Positions 52,315 through 64,000 of a DNA stretch of 64,000 bases are shown here, piece after piece (position 1 is the first letter of the stretch; every line of letters begins with the position of its first letter). A program made the translations under genes and the position numbers. The stretch is from the human T2T-CHM13v2.0 reference genome, Homo sapiens, in assembly GCF_009914755.1 (NCBI RefSeq), contig NC_060929.1; one strand, given 5' to 3'. The notes below the pieces were generated by a model, which worked only from the letters and a program-made list of their open reading frames with translations, was not told where the DNA came from and did not search any database.

Positions 52315-52856
52315 TGTCTTAAAACTACCATAGACTGGCTTATATAGATCAGAAATGTATTTCTGACAGTTCTTGAGCCAGGGAAGTCCACGATCAAGCC
52401 ACCAGTAGATTTGATGTCTTGTGAGGGCCTGCTTCCTGGTTCATAGACCAGGTGGAATGGGTGAGTGGTCTCTCTTGGGCCTTTTGTAAGGGCCTCTTTT
52501 ATTTTGAATTGAGCAAAAGAGCATAGCAGTATCCTGGGCAGTGTTGAGTGCTAATTTGAAATTATGATCATAAACTTATAGTGCTACCAACTAATCTAAT
52601 ATTTAAAAATTAGAATATTTGAGTATTTCTCCAACAATGCTTGGCTGATAGGGCGCTTACTCATCTGAAGTAGTATATTGGGAATAGTCAAGGTTAGAGT
52701 GTGATTAAAATGTAAAGGAAAAGATGTTCATAAATGGATCCATTTCATGAGGGGCTCTCCTCTCATGACCTAATCACCTTGCTAAAGACTCTTGAGTGTT
52801 AAGATTTTAACATATGAATTCGTAGGTGTGGGTACAAAAACTTTCAGCTTATAGCA
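52315..52856 (-). mobile_element. MLT1A-type solo LTR split by a 236-bp foreign insert
   Basis: TACCATAGACTGGCTTAT..GGGAAGTCCACGATCAAG..GAGGGCCTGCTTCCTGGTTCATAG..GGGCCTCTTTTAT | insert | CCATTTCATGAGG..CATGACCTAATCACC..ATAGCA. Confidence 0.85.
52504..52739 (-). repeat. Left arm of 236-bp inverted duplication (copy of 53796-54031)
   Basis: Manual alignment to the reverse complement of 53796-54031: 210/236 identical, no gaps. Confidence 0.95.
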
Positions 52857-53795
52857 ACTTACTAACTGCATGAGCATTTCTCTTAAGCAACTCTGCCATT
52901 AACCGCTACCATTAACCACTCCTCAGTAACAATTAAGCAGGTCTCTGACACACTGTTCTTCAAGATTTTGGTTTAAATAATCTGAACTCACTTTTTATAT
53001 CATATACAGTAATTTCATATAGAACCCAATTCATGGAATAGATGAGAGTGGAACAGTTCTGACAGAAATCAACTTCCCTTTGCCTGCTGTGGTGGCTCCT
53101 GTCCCACTGCTTGAAAAAGAGTATTTGGAATACTGATTACATTAATTCCAAGAACGAACTCTAGTGAATTCTCCCTCTTTAAAGAAAGTAGAGAATTATG
53201 TTTTTCTGCTGAAAACAACTTTATTTCTGCTAATAGAGAAAAATAAAATAGCCATAGAAATTAACTGCAGATACTTTTTTAATGATTCACACAACTTTCC
53301 GACAGCCAAATGGATATGGCTTTAGAAGACCTTGTGACTAAGAAAATGCAGTTTTTCTTAATTTTTTAAAATATTGAAACACAAATGATTTAATTTAAAT
53401 GTATTTACTTCACTGTATTTTGCTTAATAGAAGACAAAAATTACAATATAGCCTTACCCATTTAAAAATCCCTTGAAGATGTGAGGTTTCATTAAAATGT
53501 ATAAATAAAAAGCTGTAATTTTCTAGCAGGCTTGAAAGTAGTCTCTACAGCAACATTTGAAAAAAGTAGCTAAAACAAAATTTTAAACTCGGTTTGAAAT
53601 AACATAAAACCTGCCTTTTACAAAATTTGCGCTTTTTGTGGCCTGATATCTGATATTTTTATTTAAAGCATTATCTCCTGAATATATTGGCTAATACAAA
53701 ATGTTAAAAGAAATAAAGTAACCATTATAGTATCATAAAATCATTTCAATATTTTCAATTAAGATATCCAAAGCTATAATTTTAATAATATTTTC

Positions 53796-54031
53796 ATCCA
53801 TTTATGAACATCTTTTCCTTTTCATTTTAATTGCACCCTAAACCTGACTATTCCCAATATATTACCTAAGATGAGTAAGCACCTTATCAGCCAAGGGTTG
53901 TTAGATAAATGTTCAAATATTCTAATATTTAAATATCAGAATAGTTGGTAGCACTATAAGTTTATGATCATAATTTCAAAGTAACACTCAACACTGCCCA
54001 GGATCCTGCTACGTTTTTTTGCTCAATTCAA
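53796..54031 (+). repeat. Right arm (presumed donor) of 236-bp inverted duplication
   Basis: See 52504-52739. Confidence 0.95.
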
Positions 54032-54048
54032 TCTTCCACTATCTGCAA

Positions 54049-54190
54049 CAGTGGTTCACAAGGTGGGGTCCATGGACAAGCAAGGACTTCATCAACGTGG
54101 AATTTGTTACGAATGCACATTATTGGCCTCATCTGGACCTACAAATAACAAATTCTGGACTTTGAGCCTAGCAATCTGTGTTTTAATTCC
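54049..54190. mobile_element. MER5A hAT-Charlie MITE
   Basis: CAGTGGTTCACAAGGTGGGGTCCATGGAC..CATCAACGTGGAATTTGTTACGAATGCAC..CCTAGCAATCTGTGTTTTAA. Confidence 0.7.
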
Positions 54191-54229
54191 TTTATGTTTG
54201 ATGTTTGTTTTCATGTCTATCCCTTCTAC

Positions 54230-55045
54230 TCTCTTAGTAAATTTATCCTTTTAGATATCCTTATTCTCTTACATAATCAACCTTCTTCCCCCTGCATCTG
54301 CATATTTGCTATTGGCTTTTGCATATTTTCTCTTTTATTAAAAATGTAACAAGTACTCTCCTATCAAAAGCAAACTTCAATACTTACTGTTTCCATTTTT
54401 TAATCTTGTATTCATTATTCAACCCAATAAACTCTGTCTCTCATCCTCATCAAGCTGGAAAATTGTTCTTCAATCTCACTAATGAGGCTCATGTCGGCAT
54501 CAAGGGTAATTTTTAATTTTTTCAATTTCCTGTCAGTAGTTGCCTGTTCTTTCTTGATATCATCCTGCCTTTCATTTTTAAAATTTTTAGGTGACTTTAA
54601 AGGGAAATGTTAAGAAATTATTGGACATATCTGGGTCTTGTTATGAAGAAAGCAGTCCAAAAATTAACTATAGCTTTTTGAGTCATTTACATGTCTTTGG
54701 TAATTGAAGCTATGTATGTGTGACATTGCCTAAGGAGGAAATACAGAATGAAATGAGAAGACTATTAACTTGAACTATAAATTGTGAGTCATCTGCATGT
54801 TTGTGGTAATTGGAGCTATGTGTGTATGAGATTGCACAGAAATTACAGGCTGAGATGGGAAGAATCCTAAGAGCCAAAAAGTGAAGATGCTTAAAATGAG
54901 TAGCTGGGTAAAGAAAAATAAACCTATAATTTTCTTTAGTGCATTCTTTGTCCTGAACCCAGCTGCTCAGTTTTGGAACCCAGGCATTTCAAAATCGAAT
55001 GACCAAAAGCAAATCTGTAATCTTTCCTTCTAAACCTGGCACATG
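54230..55045. mobile_element. L2 fragments on both strands
   Basis: Plus: CATTATTCAACCCAATAAACTCTG..TCACTAATGA; minus: TTGGACATATCTGGGTC..GAGTCATCTGCATG..GGTAATTGGAGCTATG. Confidence 0.55.
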
Positions 55046-55054
55046 TCTAACTTT

Positions 55055-55833
55055 CTTTTTCTTTTTGTTTTCCAACTTTTATTTTAGATTTAGGTGGTAC
55101 ATGTGCAAGTTTTTACCTGGATATATTGTGTGATGCTACAGCTTGGGGTACAAATGATCTGTCACCCAGGTACTGAGCATGATACCAAATAATTTTCAAC
55201 CCTTGCCCCTCTCCCTCCCTTCCCCCTCTAGTAGTCCCCAGTTTCTATTATTGCCATCTTTATGTCCACAAATTCATATTGTTTAGTTCCCACTTGTAAG
55301 TGAGAACATGCAGTATTTGGTTTTCTGTTTCTGCATTAGTGCCCTTAAAATAATGGCCTCTGGCTGCATCCATATTGCTGCACAGAACATGATTTTGTTC
55401 TTTTTTATGTTTGTATACTATTCCATGGTATACATGTACCACATTTACTTTATCCAGTCCATTGTTGATGAGCACGTGGGTTGGTTCCATCTCTTTGCTA
55501 TTGTCAATAGTGCTGTGATGAACATATGAGTGCATTTGTCTTTTTGGTAGAACAATTTATTTTCCTTTGGACACATACCCGGTAATGGGATTGCTGTGTC
55601 AAATGATAGCTCAACTATTGGTTATTTGAAAAATCTGCAAACTGCTTTCCACAGTGGCTGAACTAATTTACATTTCCACCAGCAGTGTATAACCATTCTG
55701 TCTTCTTTGCAACCTCACCAGCATCTGCTGATTTTGACTTTTTAATAATAGCCATTCTGACTAGTGTAAGGTGGTATCTCATTGTGGTTTTGATTTGCAT
55801 CTCTCTGATGATTAGTGATGTGAGGCATTTTTC
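55055..55833 (-). mobile_element. L1PA16/17-like 3' end
   Basis: CCAACTTTTATTTTAGATTTAGGTGGTACATGTGCAAGT...; minus [36 protein letters not shown] = ORF2p C-terminus. Confidence 0.88.
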
Positions 55834-55834
55834 T

Positions 55835-56400
55835 AAATAGCAAAATGGCACTATTAATTCTTTTTCAGAAGCCAGACATCTAGTTGTCATTACTTTGGCT
55901 GCCTAACAATTCTTAGAGATAATTTATTGTGAATGAATATCTGGGCTGTTTGACTGGAATACTTCTCAAACCAATCCCTTCTCTCCATGTCTACTACTAT
56001 CACTCCCATGAGTGACAGTAAAGTCATTCTGTTAGGGTCCCTTATAAAGTCTCTCTCCATTAATTCTTCAGAATGTAACAGATTATACATTCTGAGTGCA
56101 AGTCTTATCATACAATTCTTTGGCTTAAAGTATGTTAATGGTTTTCCATTACATTTCAAATATAGAACAAAACCAATTAATACGACAAAGCTTCACATGG
56201 TGTGGACCCTACTCTTCTTTATAGTCCCTTCTTATTCTCTGTTTCTTTCTTTCTCTTAATTTCGACCATACTTTCCTTATTTTAACCTCATAAACTCATC
56301 ATTCTACCTTATTCATAAGGTTTTTTTCTCAGAGGAATCTCCTGGGTATAACAAAACCATACCTCTTCTTCTTCAGATAATCCCTTTATTTCCGTTATGT
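55835..56400 (+). mobile_element. L2 fragment
   Basis: AAATGGCACTATTA..AAGCCAGACATCTAGTTGTCAT..CCCTTCTCTCCATGTCTACTACTATCAC..AATGGTTTTCCATTACATT. Confidence 0.55.
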
Positions 56401-58355
56401 CTCCACTCAAATCCCAAAATAATAATATGTGACTTGCCAAGTAATATTTGCAAAGTGACCATTTTCCTGCTTCAAATCATTTGAATAATATATAGATTTT
56501 ATATAATTAGTTTAAACCTGTATCCAAGCATTTTGATTTAAGAATTACAGGAAATTATGAGGATAGATTACATTTTCACTTAATCTGCTTTATACATTAT
56601 GTACAAAATTTTGTACATATAGGATTTTACTGATATGGCTTTTACACATTTATTCACACTGGGGTTGACCTCATTGCTTATATTTTATTTTCATATATTT
56701 CTAGGTACCACTTTTATCTTATAAAGTAAGCACTATACAATTTTGCTTCCAATATGTTATCTGTCTTACAGGGATGCAGTAACATTTTGTAGCATAAGCA
56801 AATATATTTGACAAATTGTCCAAAAAATATGATGCGCTAAACATTTGGAATTTTTACTTTTTTTTAAATACAATATCGGAATTCTATGCTGAATAAAACA
56901 ATATTTTTGAAGAAGTTTGTCCTTAAAATATTTAGGTAACATTATCACATAATGGAATAATCCTCCTCTAGGAGTTAAAATTACATGACTAAAAATATTT
57001 ACTGAGCAACTGTTGAGAACAGAAGATGTGCAATATTCAAACAAATAAAATTGATGTTACACAGTTCTTGTCACAAAAGCATATATTCATCTGCCTTGGA
57101 TACCACTACTTCCTGTTTTAGAGAGAGTGTAAATTAATATTGTTAATGTTGCTATATATTTTTTCTCTGTAAAAATCTTGAAGCCTGGGAATGATATGAT
57201 TTCTAGAATCCAAACATTGAGATCAGTCCACTGTGTTAACTGGCATGAGAGAAGAATTTTTAAAAAGGCAAAGCTGCAAAAATCTGCTCTGTGGATTTTT
57301 TATCTTTATGCCATATATTTTCTCTAAATGATCTCCTGTATCTTCATGTATGGTTGCTTTGGTAACATCTCTTGATTTCACATTTCCTTGGCTCCAGATG
57401 CATATGTGTGTGTACATATTGAAAATGAACTCCAGGATATCTTGTCAATAACTCAAAAGAATACGCCAAAAATATTATTTCCTTAACTTTTCAACTTATT
57501 CACTATAATTGGTATTATTTAAGGTTGTCTTAGTATAATCTGGATATCATTCTTAAAGCTTTTCTCTCCCCTTTTCAATGTTTTATTTTTCATAAGTCCC
57601 ATCAATATTAACACCAGACACAAAGGTGGAAAGAACCTCTTCTGCAATACTCTTCTGTAATAGAATTGCTCTTCTGCAGTGCTATTACCACTATGATAGC
57701 TAAGTCCTACATAATGTTTCTCCTCATATAATCCAATGTTTAAAACATAGCCTTCTTGCTTCTACTCCGTGCTGTCTTATATCATCAACTACCATTAGCT
57801 TTATAAAAAATCCATTACACTATCTTACATGAAATCTCTGCTGGATTTTCATTTGTTAAGTTTAAACTCATAGTTTGTCAAATAAATAAAAAGGATAGAC
57901 ATACTAATCTAGTCTTTCGTAAACTGTAAAACATAGACTCAAGACATCACTTTGAAACCTACCTCCAGCAAATTTCATGCTCATTTTATTCTGTAAATCT
58001 AAGTGTTTCACTGACTTAATAAACTTTATTACCTTCATTAAACTTGTGGGTAGTTTCCTTTGTCCTCGGTAAAGAAACTAGTTCTTTACCTAACCAATCC
58101 TCTTTTCATTTTCCTTAAAAACAAAACAAAACAAAGCAACAATTTTGTTAATCTATTCCAGGGGTGGTAACTGCCAACAAGATTGCACATATCTTCTCTT
58201 ATTGGTATCCATCAGTCAATGTGTTCCCATTCTCTCCTCAAAAATGAATTTACCAAAGCGTTGGGTCTCACTTCTGGCCAGTGCATTGGGAAGGATTACT
58301 AAGAACTCATGGAGAAGGATTCTCTACTGCTAAGAAAGATATTGAGGCAGAGAAG

Positions 58356-59084
58356 TGTCTGTTCATATCCTTTGCCCACTTTTTGATGGGGTTCTTTGTT
58401 ATTTTCTTGTAAATTTGTTTGAGTTCATTGTAGATTCTGGATATTAGCCCTTTGTCAGATGAGTAGATTGCAAAAATTTTCTGCCACTCTGTAAGTTGTC
58501 TGTTCACTCTGATGGTAGTTTCTTTTGCTGTGCCGAAGTTCTTTAGTTTAATTAGATCCCATTTGTCAATTTTGGCTTTTGTTGCCATTGCTTTTGGTGT
58601 TTTAGACATAAAGTCCTTTCCCATGACAGCATGCACATGTATGCTTATTGCAGCATTATTCACAATAGCAAAGACTTGGAACCAACCCAAAAGTCCAACA
58701 GTGATAGACTGGATTAAGAAAATGTGGCACATATACACCGTGGAATACTATGCAACCATAAAAAATGATGAGTTCATGTCCTTTGTAGGGACATGGTTGA
58801 AGCTGGAAACCATCATTCTCAGCAAACTATCACAAGGACAAAAAAACAAACACCACATGTTCTCACTCGTAGGAGGGAATTGAACAATGAGAACACATGG
58901 ACACAGGAAGGGGAACATCACACACCGGGGCCTGTTGTGGGGTGGGAGGAGGAGGGGAGAAGGATAGCATTAGGAGATATACCTAATGCTAAATGATGAG
59001 TTAATGGGTGCAGCACACCAACATGGTACATGTATACGTATGTAACAAACCTGCATGTTGTGCACATGTACCCTAAAACTTAAA

Positions 59085-59138
<54 letters not shown>
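58356..59138 (+). mobile_element. L1PA (about PA4/5) 5'-inverted insertion with (TA)n tail
   Basis: 58356-~58625 antisense ORF2 ([28 protein letters not shown]), then sense ORF2 end and 3' UTR; 19-bp duplication AGATATTGAGGCAGAGAAG at 58337-58355 and 59139-59157. Confidence 0.95.
59086..59133. repeat. (TA)24 microsatellite at L1 tail
   Basis: Uninterrupted TA run, direct reading. Confidence 0.95.
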
Positions 59139-59139
<1 letters not shown>

Positions 59140-59799
59140 GATATTGAGGCAGAGAAGGCAACTTCTATCTATGGGTATGAATGTGTTTTCACTTCAACTG
59201 CTTTACACGTGGTATTACTTAAAGGAATTTTGTACATGTGGCTTCAGTAGTCTCTCTATATACACGGTTTTTCCCTTGGTGAGACTGGAACAATACTCTT
59301 TATTTCATTTTCATATATTTCTAGACATATTTTAACTCTTAAATACACATTTTAAAATTTATTTTACACATTGTTTTACATGTCATCTGTCTTAAAGGAA
59401 TACCATAAAAATTTTGTGTTTTCCTATCTCTGGATGTTGTTATGTCTGAAAATGATGCCTAAAACTGCCTGAGAATGACACTGAGTTGGCATACAACTCT
59501 TACTACTGTAACTTAATTTCTTTTATGTAATACAATAAATTTACTGTTTTTGAAGCAATTTTTGCATTGGGATTTTCTGTTACTTATAGCCACGAGCATT
59601 CCAGTAGCTTCTTAGTAAACAAATCTGATTCAATCAGGTGTCTTAGTTTCCCTCCTCCCACATGACACTATTATTGAATAACAGAGTTTCTCACTAGTCT
59701 TTGTGTTAGTCTTCCTTGATATATTACACATTGACCCTGGTCCTGGTTATTTTTCTCCTTATATACTTCGTGATTCCCATTAATTTTTTCAAGATGTAT

Positions 59800-60040
59800 T
59801 CCAAATAACTCTTATCACCCCCCTGTGAAGCTACCCTACTCCCAGGCAGGTAGTTTTCACTTCTCTTCACCAGCAAAGGTTTTATACCTCTTTATTCACA
59901 GTCACTATGACCTATTTTCTTTCCTTTTCTTTTTGTATTTTAAAGACATTTATTTTAGTCTATCCGCCACGCCAGAATTTGGCACTTTGAGATATAGTAG
60001 ACATTTAGTCAATATTTGTGTAATTATTCATTTAAAGGAC
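59800..60040 (+). mobile_element. L2 3' end
   Basis: TCACCCCCCTGTGAAGCTACCCTACTCCCAGG..ATAGTAGACATTTAGTCAATATTTGTG. Confidence 0.5.
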
Positions 60041-60070
60041 AGCAAGTATTTAGAAAATTATTAAATATCA

Positions 60071-60379
60071 TGCCGGCGCAGTGGCTCACGCCTGTAATCC
60101 CAGCATTTTGGGAGGCCGAGGCTGGCGGATCACCTGAGGTCGGGAGTTCGAGACCAGCCTGACTTACATGGAAAAACGCCGTCTCTACTAAAAATACATA
60201 ATTAGCTGGGCATGGTGGCATATGCCTGTAATCCCAGCTACTCGGGAGGCTGAAGCAGGAGAATCGCTTGAACCCGAGAGGCGGAAGTTGCGGTGAGCCT
60301 AGATCACGCCATTGCACTCCAGTCTGGGCAACAGGAGCGAAACTCCGTCCCCCCTCCCACCCCACCAAAGAAAAAGGAA
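60071..60379 (+). mobile_element. AluSp
   Basis: Diagnostics GAGGTCGGGAG, GCCTGAC, GTTGCGGTGAG, GAGCGAAACTCC; 18-bp TSD AGAAAATTATTAAATATC at 60052-60069 and 60380-60397. Confidence 0.9.
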
Positions 60380-61122
60380 AGAAAATTATTAAATATCTAC
60401 TAATAGATATTTAGTAGTAGATAATAGTAATTAAACTCATGTTTAATTACTCTATAAACATTTGTATGCTCTCTCGACAAACTAAGTACTCAAAAAAGAA
60501 TGACTATGGCTTTGAAAAATGTCTCCACCAAACGAGGTAAAAACTTCTAATAAGAACTGTTCTCACAATTGCTGACTTTTTGAAAGAGGACAAGAACTGT
60601 TATCTGAGAATAGAGCTATAAAGGGACGAGTTAATGTTCCAATGAAAATTCCTAGGAGGCTGATACAGTCCATTAAAATGAGGGGTATTTGGTCACTTCA
60701 CTGAATTACTTTAGAGAAAACCTCAGGTCTTGAGGAGTTTTTTGGAAGACTAGGAAATACCAAGGATTACACAATGCTGGTTAAGAGTGACTTATAACTT
60801 TTTTATATAAAGCTATTAAGTATTTTTAAATATACTTATTATTAACATAAATATATATTATGTGAGTAATATAAGAGATTTTCAATATTGACATATTCAT
60901 TCCTTTTACCTAAAATCTGCAATAGAAAGTAAAGTTTTCTATGATAGAAATTGTTAATTAAAGGAAGGCATGATTACAAGCTATAAAATATTTGGTTTTG
61001 AATGTATTTTTTATATTTATCTTACTATGAAGTCAAATAATATTATCATTAAATTAATATTTTCATAGTTAAAAATTGAACTTCCTTAATTCTAATAACT
61101 AAAACTCGCATAGTTTTAAAAA

Positions 61123-61257
61123 ATTATTATTGTTGCTTTTAGAGATGAGGTATTGCTCTATTGCTCAGGCTGGTTTCAAATTACTGGCCTCACGTGATCC
61201 TTCCACCTCAGTCTCCTGAGTAGTCGAGATTACAGGCATAAGCCGCCATGCCAGGCT
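61123..61257 (-). mobile_element. FLAM (free left Alu monomer)
   Basis: AGAGATGAGGTATTGCTCTATTGCTCAGGCTGGTTTCAAATTACTGGCCTCACGTGATCCTTCCACCTCAG. Confidence 0.78.
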
Positions 61258-62033
61258 CCTAAAAGCGTATACAATCTTAAATCCTAAGAGATAACCAGTG
61301 TGCCCATTTCATTGCTAAGTAAATATACATAATAAATAAAGAAAATGTATCATTTCTAAAATAAGTCACTATGCAGAGTGCTACTACAGTATGAAAATAT
61401 TCATGAAACACAGTCCCTAGTATTACCTAATGTCTGAGTGGGAATACAAAAATAAATACAAAATTGATGAATAATTCAAATCACCGTATAATAAGCGTGA
61501 AATGACATGATTGCAGTCAGGGTAGAGTCTTAACAGTAAAAATACTCAGTAACATTTTTCTTTAATCATCTTGGCTCCCTATTGAAATTTTACTATGGTA
61601 AATGATATAATAGTCTTATTGTTTCAGATAGTAGTTGAGCTGACTTACTCTTTACTAATAGTGATAGTCATGCAAATGACGGTATATCTGTAATATCAAT
61701 TTAATTATATACTTTTTTGTTTCAATTTAGTTTCCAAGTACATGGATAGTATTTAAAATATTGTCTTAAAGCTTTTCTGTTTTGTTTTGTTCTACTACTC
61801 ACCTTTAATCTCCCCCTTCTCCCTTAGATAACAACCTGCTCTATAATTTGTTAATATAGAGCAATGCTGTGGCAGAGTTGAACGCACACACATACACACG
61901 TCGAAATGATATGTAATGTTTACATCCACAATGTATACATGTAATGATTATATTACACAGCACATATATACAATATGTGTACATAATGCATAAATATATA
62001 TATATATGTATGTGTGTGTGTTTATATCTATGA

Positions 62034-62585
62034 AGTAGTGTCCCCTAATTCATAGAGGATATGTTCCAGGGCACCCAGTGGATGCCTGAAACCATGAATA
62101 GTATTGAACCCTATACACACTCTGTTTTTCCTATACATACATACTATAATAAATTTTAACTTATAAATAAGGCATAGTAAGAAATTACCAAAAATAACTA
62201 CTGATAAAATAGAAAAAATATAGCAATATACTGTAATAAAAGTTATGTGAATGCGGTCTCTCTCTCTCTCTGAAAATATTTTATTTTGCTGTACTCATCC
62301 TTCTGGTGATTTGTCAATGTGATAACTTAGATGGCTACTAACTACAGGATGGGTAGCATATACAACATGGATTCGCTGGACAAAGAGATGATTCGTGTCC
62401 TGGACAGGACAAAGCAGGATGGCATGAGATTTCATCACATTACTCAGAACAGGGCACAATTTAAAACTTATGAATTCTTTATTTCTATTGTACATTCTTC
62501 CATTTATTTAACATTTTTGATAGTGATTGAGTGTGGGTAACTGAAATCACAGAAAGTGAAACTGTGACTAAGGAGAGACTGATGT
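62034..62585 (+). mobile_element. Tigger3 (Golem/MER7) internal-deletion derivative
   Basis: GGATATGTTCCAGG..CCCAGTGGATGCCTGAAACCATGAATAGTATTGAACCC...GATTTCATCACATTACTCAGAAC..GGGTAACTGAAATCACAGAAAGTGAAACTGTG. Confidence 0.8.
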
Positions 62586-62997
62586 CCTTATATATATTTA
62601 ATAATTGTCCTTTATTGGTTAGAATCATCTTTCTAAATATTAATACCATTGTATTAATATATAATCCATGAGGGCAGAATCTATGGGTTCAACTATTTAT
62701 ATACATGCATTTTAGTGTTGCTGAATACATTACAGATACTCATTGAATATTAGTTTAGTTGGAACAAGACATTATTGCTACAGATATTTGTTACAACATT
62801 GAACAAAATAATCAACAACAGTTTCATGTACAGCCCTTGTCTATTACAAGTGGGTTTAGTTTTATCTTTTCATGGTATAAAGGGATTTTAGGAAACCCTC
62901 CTATGATAAAAATGTATCTTGTTTTGCTGCTAGCAGAAAAAAAGGTAGAAAATATAGATCTATTAAAGAATCTGATTGGGGCATTTTGTTAAACCAA

Positions 62998-63324
62998 TTT
63001 TTTTGTTTGTTTGTTTTTAGAAACAGTGTCTTGGTTTGTTGCCCAAGCAGGCAGGCATGCAGTGAAGCAATGAAGACTCATTGCAACCTTGACTTCCAGG
63101 GGTGAAGCAATCATCTTGCTTCAGCCTCCTGAGTAGCTGAGACTACAAGTGTGAGCCATCATGGCCAGCTAATTTTTATTTTTTTATTTTTGTTGTTTGT
63201 AGAGACAGGGTCTTGCTTTGTTGCATAGGCTTATCATCTCAAACTCCTAGACTTCAAGCAATCCTCCCACCTTGGCATCCCAGTGTGTTGGTATTATTAC
63301 AGGCGTGAGGCACTATGATTGGCC
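62998..63324 (-). mobile_element. AluJ
   Basis: Diverged dimer: CTTCAGCCTCCTGAGTAGCTGAGACTACAAG..GTAGAGACAGGGTCTTGCTTTGTTG..AAGCAATCCTCCCACCTTGGC. Confidence 0.85.
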
Positions 63325-63771
63325 ACCAACCTAATTTTGATAGCAAGAATGATTTGGGAAATGTATAGAATATCTGAAAGTTCTAAATTTAAATATCCAC
63401 AGACAATATTACCTATGGGAATATATTGCTTATGAAATTACACCAGTGGTCTTCTTATCTCATTTTTTTTAACAGAGATATTAGCCTATGGGAAAATATC
63501 CTTTCAGCCCATGCCTTCTTATTACCAGTAGGCTCTTATAGCTATCATGCCCACCTTGATTTTGGCAATTAACTATGTTACTTGGCCTCTGCTATTCTGG
63601 GAATCTATGCTGACAATGAAAATCAGCAAACCCATTTCTAGGCAGCATCCCAAATGGTCCTATCTAGCCTACAAAAGAGAGCAACTAAGGGGCTTTCAAG
63701 GAAGTATCTGCTCCCTTCACTAAGGAATTTTTAATGCCTAGTGAAGGGAATGTCTCTGTACCTTCTTACAG

Positions 63772-63858
63772 AATATAGTGAGAAGGAAAAAGAAACATCA
63801 TAACTCCCAAATTCCTACATGCTTAAGGTTTTGGAAACCCTCATTTATATCATCCCAG
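63772..63858 (+). other. Candidate internal exon (87 nt), host transcript unknown
   Basis: Acceptor TGTCTCTGTACCTTCTTACAG and consensus donor CAG|GTAAGT in non-repeat sequence. Confidence 0.3.
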
Positions 63859-64000
63859 GTAAGTTCCAGCATCTCAAGCTCATTAAATGTAGGCCACCAC
63901 TGTGTCCAAGTTTTATTCATCAGAATAATAAGCTACCTGAGCCACCTTCAGTGTATGAGGTAATACACGAGATTCAGAATCTCTAGTAAGTTCACTTACA

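Noticed and set aside
63406-63499. About 20-bp direct repeat ATATTA(G)CCTATGGGAA
   Set aside because: Only two imperfect copies; too short to interpret.

Overview
AT-rich, repeat-dominated intergenic or deep-intronic DNA from a catarrhine primate (human-like: AluJ/S/Y, L1PA/PB/M, L2, MIR, MaLR and ERV LTRs, ERV-L pol remnants, a full-length Hsmar2 mariner, Tigger3, MER5/58/63). I found no intact protein-coding gene, tRNA, rRNA or CpG island; nearly all listed ORFs are decayed transposon fragments or chance ORFs. I do not see evidence of a new multi-gene system. The most unusual signals are footprints of local template switching: (1) a gap-free 236-bp inverted copy (89% identical) of unique sequence 1 kb away, inserted inside an MLT1A LTR; (2) a perfect 34-bp inverted repeat plus a diverged 61-bp tandem duplication inside an old L1 3' UTR; (3) a pre-miRNA-sized hairpin at 13.2 kb. 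Also present: two twin-primed L1s with TSDs, tail-less or internally deleted L1 fragments, and a few isolated + strand exon candidates. Subfamily names come from my recall of consensus sequences and boundaries of old repeats are approximate; all need RepeatMasker/Dfam confirmation.
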